From NCBI RefSeq assembly GCF_009176305.1, contig NZ_BLAJ01000014.1:8564-32563 (forward strand): a DNA stretch of 24,000 nt, read 5' to 3'. The stretch comes from Rhizobium dioscoreae (lineage in GTDB: Bacteria > Pseudomonadota > Alphaproteobacteria > Rhizobiales > Rhizobiaceae). Under the pieces are notes generated by a model that searched no databases, was not told the origin of the DNA, and saw only the letters and a list, made by a program, of their open reading frames with translations. Shown piece after piece: positions 6,903 to 13,418 of this stretch (positions within the stretch are counted from its first letter, which is position 1; each line of letters starts with the position of its first letter). The position numbers and the translations under genes are program-made.

Positions 6903-7372
6903 AGCGATCCTTTCCACGCATTTAAAAGATCCGTGACAGCAGGCCCCCAACCCGCTGACGATAATTCATTGAAACTTTAACATTTATTCGCTCGCGCGAA
7001 TGTCTGCTGCACCGCGGCAAATAGAAATCGGCCGGCCTTGGTCAAGGGGTGAAAAATCAAAACCTGATCGAATGGGTAGAAATTTCTGCAGAAACACGCA
7101 ACGCTTTCGAAACTGTTGACGAATTCGCCCGGAAGGGTTGCTTTTCCGGGGTGGCGGGCGAGACAGACGCAAGGGATTGCGGGAACGGCGTATCGCGTTT
7201 GCCGTTGCTTAGGATAATGGCGCTAAAAATTTGATAGGAGCAAATACCAGAGAAGTTGCGGATAGGCGGCTGCGGTCCATGTCGGCGACAATTTCCATTG
7301 TCTTCTAACAGTCATATTCCTGTTCGCATTATTGGCTAAATGAGCGAGAAAACGTCAAAGAAGGCCCCTTAG

Positions 7373-8290
7373 ATGACAGAAACGAAGACCTTTGAGCCGG
7401 CGGAAGGCATCGTCGATTTCGACGCGGGTGAGGGCGAAAGCCCAACCGTGGTGGAGATGGACGATTATACCAAAAGCCTTGCCCAGGCGAAGGCCAAGTC
7501 CGTCAAGCTGGTCGACGCCATCACCGGTCAGGTGCTCAAGAAAAAAGATGCCGTGCATGTCGATGACCTCCGCCCGTCGCTCGCGGATTTCATGCGGCTG
7601 AAGCATCCGGAGCTTCGTGCCGACGATTATATCAGCCGCAAGGTCATGGACGATTATCGCGCTCAATATATCGCCGAGCTGCTGACGGTGGAGCGCGGCG
7701 AGCTTTCCAACCTCGAGGACGAGGTCGTCGAAAGCCTGAAGACACATGACACGCTGGCGGAAAACATCGAAGAGGACTATGAGGACCACCGCTCGATCGG
7801 CGACCGCATGGCCGATGGCGTCGCGTCCTTCGGCGGCAGTTGGACCTTCATCATCTCCTTCTGTCTGTTTCTCGCCGTCTGGATGGGGATCAATCTTGCC
7901 ATGGGCGAAAAGCAGGCCTTCGATGCCTATCCGTTTATCCTGCTGAACCTCGTTCTATCGACCATCGCAGCACTCCAGGCGCCGATCATCATGATGAGCC
8001 AGCGCCGCCAGGAAGAAAAGGACCGCCTGCGTGCCCTCAACGACTACAAGGTCAACCTAAAAGCCGAACTGGAAATCCGTCACCTGCATGAAAAGGTCGA
8101 CCACCTCCTCAATCGTCAGTGGGAGCGCCTGACCGAAATCCAGCAGATCCAGATCGAGATGATGCTGGAACAGGCCAAGGCGGCGACGCGGGCGATCAAG
8201 GCCAATAAGGCAGCGAAGGCAAAGACCAGTGCGCTGAAGAGCCTCTTTACCAAGGTCAAGGATTCCGATCCGGACGATTCCGTTAACTGA
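7373..8290 (+). CDS. DUF1003 domain-containing membrane protein
   Basis: 305 aa. A soluble N-terminal part is followed by two TM helices with the DUF1003-typical core FGGSWTFIISF...FDAYPFILLNLVLSTIAALQAPIIMMSQRRQ..D. The C-terminal tail is coiled-coil and Lys-rich. Confidence 0.8.
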   Translation: MTETKTFEPAEGIVDFDAGEGESPTVVEMDDYTKSLAQAKAKSVKLVDAITGQVLKKKDAVHVDDLRPSLADFMRLKHPELRADDYISRKVMDDYRAQYIAELLTVERGELSNLEDEVVESLKTHDTLAENIEEDYEDHRSIGDRMADGVASFGGSWTFIISFCLFLAVWMGINLAMGEKQAFDAYPFILLNLVLSTIAALQAPIIMMSQRRQEEKDRLRALNDYKVNLKAELEIRHLHEKVDHLLNRQWERLTEIQQIQIEMMLEQAKAATRAIKANKAAKAKTSALKSLFTKVKDSDPDDSVN

Positions 8291-8389
8291 CGTGGGCAAG
8301 CGGCTGCCATTACCGGCGTGCCTGCATAGACACGCCTGCATAGACAGGATTGTTCGCTTGCCAATTCACTTAGCTCGCTAGGGTGCCGC

Positions 8390-9607
8390 TCACCGCGGCT
8401 CCCCTTGCCGGTGCCGCGCTCCGTCCTTCTGTCGATCTGCCCGCTGGCGGTTTGCGAAGAGAACCGGCACGCATAGGAGATAAAGCGAAGCACCAAGTAC
8501 CCAGACCAGTCCAGGAAAGACATGCCTCGAGGCGAAGTAGATCTCGCTGATCGCCAGAGGCGCGATCATCGATGCGAGGCTCGTCAGGCTGGTCAGCACA
8601 CCTTGCAAACGCCCTTGTTCGTCCGGACCCACGCGCTTGGTCATCAAGGACAGCAGCGCCGGCTGGCCGACCCCGCCGAGGCAGAAGAGTGGAAACAGAA
8701 AAAAGACGAGAAATCCCCGTGTGACGAAAGCGATGGCGACATAAGCCGCGCCGTCGCAGACAATCGCGACCATCAGCGCGCAGCGTTCGCCCCAGCGCTC
8801 ACTCAAGGGACCGGCGACAAAAGCCTGGGCGAGCGCATGGAACAAGCTGAAACCAGCGAGAGACAGGCCGACGGTCGCCGTATCCCAGCCGAACTTGTCC
8901 TGACCATAGAGCACCCAGACGGTGCCGCCGACCTCGCCGACAATGGCAAGGAGGAGGGACATGAAGAGCAGCGGCACCAGCGCTGGAAACGCACCGATCC
9001 AGCGCAGCGCCGCCAGCGGATGAAAGGCCGCCGGATCGATCTGCTCGGGCTTCACCGTTCTTGTCTCGGGCAGCGCGACAAGCGCAACGACGAAATTCAT
9101 CATCACCAGAATCGCGGCCGCGACGAAAGGAGCACGTAGCGAAATCGTCCCGAGTAATCCTCCGATGACAGGCCCCAGGATGAAGCCGATGCCGAAACAG
9201 GCACTGAGAAGCCCGAAAGCGCGCGTCCGGCGCTGCTCCGGCGTGATGTCGGCGAGGCAGGCACTCGCAACCGCGGCATTCGCTGCGGTCAGGCCGGCGA
9301 TGGCACGGCCAAGGAACAGCCACCAGAAGCCTGGCGCCCATGCCATGAAGGCGTAGTCGATCATGCCACCCGCCAACGAAGCGAGTAGCACGGGTCGACG
9401 GCCGTAACGATCGCTCAGCGTCCCGAGAATCGGAGAGGCGAGGAACTGCAATGCCGCATAGAGCGACAGGAAAGCGCCGTAGCGCCAACCGAGTTCGGGC
9501 GAATGCGCCACGCTCAGCAGAAGCTCCGGCAGGATTGGCATAACAAGGCCGGTGCCGGCGGCATCGAGAACGACGACCGCCAAGATAGTCAAAAGCATCT
9601 TGTTCAT
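8390..9607 (-). CDS. tetA: MFS tetracycline/H+ antiporter-type efflux pump (TetA family)
   Basis: 405 aa, 12-TM MFS protein. The N-terminus LDAAGTGLVMPILPELL and motif A GTLSDRYGRRPVLL closely resemble class A/C TetA. It is divergent from a TetR gene. Confidence 0.88.
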   Translation of the reverse strand: MNKMLLTILAVVVLDAAGTGLVMPILPELLLSVAHSPELGWRYGAFLSLYAALQFLASPILGTLSDRYGRRPVLLASLAGGMIDYAFMAWAPGFWWLFLGRAIAGLTAANAAVASACLADITPEQRRTRAFGLLSACFGIGFILGPVIGGLLGTISLRAPFVAAAILVMMNFVVALVALPETRTVKPEQIDPAAFHPLAALRWIGAFPALVPLLFMSLLLAIVGEVGGTVWVLYGQDKFGWDTATVGLSLAGFSLFHALAQAFVAGPLSERWGERCALMVAIVCDGAAYVAIAFVTRGFLVFFLFPLFCLGGVGQPALLSLMTKRVGPDEQGRLQGVLTSLTSLASMIAPLAISEIYFASRHVFPGLVWVLGASLYLLCVPVLFANRQRADRQKDGARHRQGEPR

Positions 9608-9615
9608 AGCGAAAA

Positions 9616-9630
9616 CTTATCATTGATAAG
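9616..9630. promoter_or_regulatory. tetO-like operator 1 (perfect 7-1-7 palindrome)
   Basis: CTTATCA-T-TGATAAG, which resembles the canonical tetO half-sites CTATCA/TGATAG. It lies in the 74-bp tetA-tetR divergent intergenic region. Confidence 0.7.
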
Positions 9631-9634
9631 GGAC

Positions 9635-9649
9635 TTTATCGCCGATAAA
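9635..9649. promoter_or_regulatory. tetO-like operator 2 (perfect 7-1-7 palindrome)
   Basis: TTTATCG-C-CGATAAA, starting 5 bp after operator 1. Tandem operators are the classical tet regulatory layout. Confidence 0.6.
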
Positions 9650-9681
9650 TTATACGAGAGAGACTGTCAATCGGAGAGACG

Positions 9682-10287
9682 ATGAAAATCGATCGAAGCC
9701 AGATCGTCGATGCGGCGCTGACCATTCTGAACGAAGTCGGCATCGACGGCCTGTCGACGCGGCTGATCGCCCAGCGCCTCGGCGTGCAGCAGCCTGCGCT
9801 CTATTGGCATTTCAAGGGCAAGCAGGCCCTTCTTGCGGCTATGAATGCCGAGATGCTGAGGCGAAATCACTCCCGAAACATGCCCCTTGCCGGAGAGACC
9901 TGGCAGGAATTCCTGCGCGCCAATGCCCGCAGCTTTCGCTCGGCCCTGCTGGCTTGGCGCGACGGCGCTCGCGTTCATGCGGGAACCGAGATCGATGCTC
10001 CGCACCTCGATGCAATCGAAGCGCAGCTCGAATGCCTGCATGCCGCCGGTTTTGATCCCGAGAAGGCTCTGGGGCTACAGATCGCGATCAGTCGCTACGT
10101 GGTGGGGTGCGTGCTTGAGGAGCAGGCGGACGAAGCCACCTCCAGGGATGGGTCGGCAATTGATGCCGTCGCCGAAAGCCATCCGAACCTTGCCAAAGCT
10201 TTGGCGGTCTATCGCGCCAAAGGCCATGAAGCCTTGTTCGAAACCGGTCTCGACCTGCTGATCGGCGGGGCCGATGCCGGCAAATAG
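9682..10287 (+). CDS. tetR: Tetracycline repressor TetR
   Basis: 201 aa. The N-terminal helix-turn-helix ALTILNEVGIDGLSTRLIAQRLGVQQPALYWHFKGKQALL closely resembles the TetR class A-D DNA-binding domain. Confidence 0.92.
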   Translation: MKIDRSQIVDAALTILNEVGIDGLSTRLIAQRLGVQQPALYWHFKGKQALLAAMNAEMLRRNHSRNMPLAGETWQEFLRANARSFRSALLAWRDGARVHAGTEIDAPHLDAIEAQLECLHAAGFDPEKALGLQIAISRYVVGCVLEEQADEATSRDGSAIDAVAESHPNLAKALAVYRAKGHEALFETGLDLLIGGADAGK

Positions 10288-10428
10288 ATACCCGCTCGCC
10301 CCGGGGCCGTTCCGGCCGAAAATGGGTCATCTCTCGGCCTGAAAGTGCAGCCGAGATCCGGCCCCATGCCGAAACACTGTCGAAACACGTAAAACAGCGG
10401 GTTTCATCTGCTGGTGTCGATATGATGG

Positions 10429-10683
10429 GTGCAGGCGAGACGATATGCGCGTTCGGCGGCCTTACCCGCTCTTGAATGGAGCCAACATCCAGTCAGCCGA
10501 AGCTACGTCACCTACCTTGCTACAAGTACTGAATTGTTTCAGGCATGCTTCGATGCGTGGGGGCAACGACCTGCGATCACGATCGATCGTCGCGATGTGC
10601 GAACCGGCCTTGCAGCAGTTCTTCGCAACATGCTGCTTGCCTTGAGGTCCGTTCTCGACAATGGTTCTTGCGGAAATGAGTAA
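10429..10683 (+). CDS. Hypothetical protein (weak)
   Basis: An 84-aa ORF with a GTG start and no recognisable family. The only support is a 9-bp hairpin that begins at its stop codon. Confidence 0.25.
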   Translation: MQARRYARSAALPALEWSQHPVSRSYVTYLATSTELFQACFDAWGQRPAITIDRRDVRTGLAAVLRNMLLALRSVLDNGSCGNE

Positions 10684-10705
10684 GGAACGCCACCAGGTTC
10701 CTTAC
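10680..10705. terminator. Perfect 9-bp hairpin
   Basis: GTAAGGAAC (10680..10688), an 8-nt loop, then GTTCCTTAC (10697..10705). It overlaps the TAA of ORF 10429..10683. No U tract follows. Confidence 0.3.
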
Positions 10706-10762
10706 TGGGGGCAGCTTGCGCATCGAGAAACATGAAGCTGACATTACGCGAAGTCAACAACG

Positions 10763-10969
10763 ATGGAATTAAGTTTTTCTCCGGCCTCTCAATCAGAAGA
10801 CGCTGACGATTTAGCCAGAGAATGCCAGCGTCGCTTGCAGCCCATCATCAGCGAAGTCGTTCGAACTGCGGTTACAGCTGGATGGAGCGAGAGCGCTGTT
10901 CTTCTGGCGACGGTTGACGTTGCCTGGGCCCTCTATGAAGGATGCCGAAGCGAATCCGATAGTCATTGA
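10763..10969 (+). CDS. Hypothetical small acidic protein
   Basis: A 68-aa ATG ORF ending in tandem stops (TGA TAG), with helical-looking composition. No family recognised. The overlapping antisense ORF 10811..11191 is equally unsupported. Confidence 0.3.
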   Translation: MELSFSPASQSEDADDLARECQRRLQPIISEVVRTAVTAGWSESAVLLATVDVAWALYEGCRSESDSH

Positions 10970-10981
10970 TAGCGGAGCAAA

Positions 10982-11128
10982 GTGCGCGACAGCGCTGCCG
11001 CCATCGCTGTGCCAACGGGTGCCGCGGAAGCTGTGGAAGAGAGGCCTGGCTACAAGGATGTTGATTTTTCCCATGTCTGGGAGGAATGGCAGGCCCTTCG
11101 CCGGCAGTTCGATCAATCTAAGCCGTGA
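10982..11128 (+). CDS. Hypothetical small protein (48 aa, below the ORF-track cutoff)
   Basis: GGAG at 10973..10976, then GTG 10982. The translation is VRDSAAAIAVPTGAAEAVEERPGYKDVDFSHVWEEWQALRRQFDQSKP-stop (TGA 11126..11128). It is in the same frame as the preceding ORF, 13 nt after that ORF's double stop. Confidence 0.2.
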   Translation: MRDSAAAIAVPTGAAEAVEERPGYKDVDFSHVWEEWQALRRQFDQSKP

Positions 11129-11363
11129 CGAGCCAAAGCGTACGATTTCGCCCCAGCCATCAATTGGAACACCAATCCCGATTTTTGGCACGCGCCCATA
11201 TCTACCGGCGATTCATCGGGATGATCCGTCTCAATTATCGTGACGGCAATGCCACCGGCACGATCATGACGCCGAAGACGGCGACATGATCGACCTCCCG
11301 AGGCGGCTGAGTAACGCCAGCTGTTGCAGGCCGCAGCTTCTCCCCACTGCGGCAGGGGCCTTC

Positions 11364-11420
11364 TGTGAACTTTAGTTCACATTTAGTTTGCCTTTCTTTG
11401 GCGCGTGAATTATAGTTCAC
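11364..11420. promoter_or_regulatory. Two palindromic operator-like sites upstream of the toxin-antitoxin operon
   Basis: TGTGAAC-TTTA-GTTCACA (11364..11381, perfect 7-4-7) and GTGAAT-TATA-GTTCAC (11405..11420, one mismatch). Both share the GTGAAC/GTTCAC half-site and lie directly before ATG 11423. Confidence 0.5.
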
Positions 11421-11422
11421 AG

Positions 11423-11713
11423 ATGATCGAAGTCCGCCAAACCACCGTTTTTTCAGAATGGCTCAAGGCTCTCCGAGACAGAAATGCCGCTTCGCGCATT
11501 GCCGTCAGAATCCGGCGTCTTGAGCTCGGCAATCCCGGCGATATCAAAGCCGTGGGTGATGGTGTGAGTGAAATGCGGATCGATTACGGACCAGGATATC
11601 GTTTGTATTTGACTTATACGGGCCGCACCTTGGTCATTCTTTTATGTGGCGGCGACAAGTCCTCGCAGACGCGCGATATTGCCCAGGCGAAGAAAATGGC
11701 GAAGGAGATCTGA
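11423..11713 (+). CDS. Type II toxin, RelE/ParE superfamily (addiction module killer protein, HigB-like)
   Basis: MIEVRQTTVFSEWLKALRDRNAASRIAVRIRRLELGNPGDIKAVGDGVSEMRIDYGPGYRLYLTYTGRTLVILLCGGDKSSQTRDIAQAKKMAKEI matches my recollection of the 'putative addiction module killer' family. I prefer ATG 11423 over GTG 11405, which lies inside the operator. Confidence 0.85.
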   Translation: MIEVRQTTVFSEWLKALRDRNAASRIAVRIRRLELGNPGDIKAVGDGVSEMRIDYGPGYRLYLTYTGRTLVILLCGGDKSSQTRDIAQAKKMAKEI

Positions 11714-11714
11714 C

Positions 11715-12026
11715 ATGGTGCTAGAAACGACCCGCTTTGATGTTCTGGATTACCTGAAAACGCCGGAGGAACGCTTCGCTTATATCGAAGCTGCTTTTGA
11801 GGATGGCGACCCCTCGCTGATTGCTCATGCGCTTGGCGATGTTGCTCGTTCCATCGGCATGAGTGCTGTTGCCAAGGAAGCAGGTGTAACGCGGGAAGCG
11901 CTCTATAAAGCCCTGAGTGAGCACGGCGATCCGAAGCTTTCGACGCTGATCGGTGTCGCCAGAGCGCTCGGCGTGAAACTCTCCGTGTCGCCCACCTCGT
12001 CGGACGAGCCCTCGAAGGCGGCTTGA
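11715..12026 (+). CDS. Type II antitoxin, addiction module antidote protein (HigA-like, XRE helix-turn-helix)
   Basis: ATG 11715 lies 1 nt after the toxin stop (TGA 11711..11713). The translation is MVLETTRFDVLDYLKTPEERFAYIEAAFEDGDPSLIAHALGDVARSIGMSAVAKEAGVTREALYKALSEHGDPKLSTLIGVARALG. It has the family-typical helix-turn-helix and the toxin-first gene order. Confidence 0.85.
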   Translation: MVLETTRFDVLDYLKTPEERFAYIEAAFEDGDPSLIAHALGDVARSIGMSAVAKEAGVTREALYKALSEHGDPKLSTLIGVARALGVKLSVSPTSSDEPSKAA

Positions 12027-12317
12027 TTACGAGGTGGCGTGAAGATTTCCTTCGTCGCTGTCTTATAGGGCTGAAGCCGCAGCCTATGCCGAGACTTGGG
12101 CCATCGGCGCGGCTTGGCTCCCCCTCCCTCATCCGCCCTGCCGTTTCCACGGCGGACGAGGGCAAGGGCCGTTTGCTGGCTGCCGAGGCAGATCAGGACA
12201 GCGACTGCCATGCAAGGAACATGATCAATGTCTCCGAGGCAGCTGAGTAATCAGCCGTCGACAGTCGTAGTTTCTCCCCGCTGCGGCCGCTTGCTTTCTT
12301 CGTATCTTGCCCGTTGT

Positions 12318-12662
12318 TCAGCCCGTGGAGCGCGGTCTCCTGATCGTTGCTGGGCGGATCTTCTTCCAATCCAAACCAGCCAGAAGTGCCATGAGCTGAG
12401 CATGGTTGAGGCGGATACGCCCCGCCGTCGCTGCCGGCCGGCAAAAGCCATTCTCCTCGAGAATTTTCGAATAAAGGCAGACCCCGCTGCCATCCCACCA
12501 AACGATCCGGACACGGTCCGCCCGTTTCGACCGGAAGACATAAAGCGCGCCGTTTAACGGGTCGAGGCCACCATCTCTGACCAGAGCCATCAATGATGCC
12601 GCACCTTTGCGGAAGTCGACAGGCTGGCACGACACATAAACAATAACACCAGACGCGATCAT
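12318..12662 (-). CDS. tnpB: IS66-family accessory protein TnpB (IS66 Orf2)
   Basis: 114 aa. The translation VYVSCQPVDFRKGAASLMALVRDGGLDPLNGALYVFRSKRADRVRIVWWDGSGVCLYSKILE is a near-textbook IS66 Orf2 sequence. Confidence 0.9.
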   Translation of the reverse strand: MIASGVIVYVSCQPVDFRKGAASLMALVRDGGLDPLNGALYVFRSKRADRVRIVWWDGSGVCLYSKILEENGFCRPAATAGRIRLNHAQLMALLAGLDWKKIRPATIRRPRSTG

Positions 12663-13066
12663 GCCTGACGAACCGCCCGCAGGATCTTCACCAGACGTTC
12701 AGTCGCAAGATCGCCGCCTACGCGCACTACAGCATCACCGATGACAATCTCAACCGCAGAACCGGCGACCGCCTCGACCTGTGCAAACCGAACCTGTGTA
12801 TCAACTGACTTCGAGAGAGGAGCAATCGATCCCGAGGCGATTGCTTTGCGACGCCAATCGTAAAGCTGAGAGGGATCCAGACCCGCTCCACGGGCAATCG
12901 CTGATACATTCGCCCCCGGCTCCAGAGTTGCGGCAACCAAACGGGCCTTCTCATCATGCGGCCAGTCTCTCGGCTTGCGGCGCGTCGCGATTGGTGTCGC
13001 CGTCAAAAGCTCGAAGGCTCGGGTCTGATTCACAGTATCACTCATAGGACTCTCCGCATGACTCAT
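12659..13066 (-). CDS. tnpA: IS66-family accessory protein TnpA (IS66 Orf1, helix-turn-helix)
   Basis: 135 aa. It reads RRKPRDWPHDEKARLVAATLEPGANVSAIARGAGLDPSQLYDWRRKA, then ...VRFAQVEV..., and ends with ...LVKILRAV. Its stop overlaps the tnpB ATG. M8 (13045) is an alternative start. Confidence 0.85.
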   Translation of the reverse strand: MSHAESPMSDTVNQTRAFELLTATPIATRRKPRDWPHDEKARLVAATLEPGANVSAIARGAGLDPSQLYDWRRKAIASGSIAPLSKSVDTQVRFAQVEAVAGSAVEIVIGDAVVRVGGDLATERLVKILRAVRQA

Positions 13067-13418
13067 GCAGAAAATGAGCGTTCTGTCCCTCCAGCGCTAC
13101 GTGGGATGGCCTACCCGCTTACGAACAATTGGTAATTGGCGCCACATCACTCAGGAAAGCTGGACACGTTGCGCCGAGATTCTGTTTACAGCCGCAGCTT
13201 ATTGGGCTGGATTTCGCCGTTCCCGATCACACGACCCTGAGCCGTCGGACGAGATTGAAAATCCGCCAAGTGTAGCAGGACAGGTCACGTCATATATGTC
13301 GGATTAGGATCAAGCTTTTCGAACGCGCCATTTCCGAGTGGCTGGGAGCCAGCCCTATCATTCGCCGGAAATCGCACCTCAAATGACAAGCGACGTATAC
13401 CTGTCCATAAAACGGATT

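Larger units (their letters stand above)
12318..13122 (-). mobile_element. IS66-family insertion sequence remnant (left end, tnpA and tnpB; tnpC and the other end missing)
   Basis: On the minus strand the terminal sequence at 13122..13116 reads GTAAGCG, the conserved IS66-family terminus. It is followed by tnpA and an ATGA-coupled tnpB. There is no DDE transposase ORF downstream of tnpB, and no second GTAAGCG-type inverted repeat between 12027 and 12317. Confidence 0.8.

Noticed and set aside
8522-9623. ORFs 8522..9139 (+) and 8799..9623 (-, alternative frame) within tetA.
   Set aside because: Both overlap the 12-TM MFS frame, which has clear TetA motifs. Their translations are Arg-rich.
11614-12630. 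Minus-strand ORFs 11614..12165, 11903..12211, 12193..12630 and 12251..12541, examined as a possible IS66 tnpC start or other genes.
   Set aside because: None shows TnpC-like N-terminal sequence. They are antisense to the antitoxin gene or off-frame to tnpB, and are Arg/Pro-rich.
13065-13307. An 80-aa plus-strand ORF between the IS66 end and the autotransporter stop. Also a GGCTGG-GAG-CCAGCC hairpin at about 13340..13354.
   Set aside because: The ORF begins inside the IS terminal region, has no RBS, and matches no family I recognise. The hairpin has a 6-bp stem with no U tract and lies 65-80 nt from the autotransporter stop, too weak to call a terminator.
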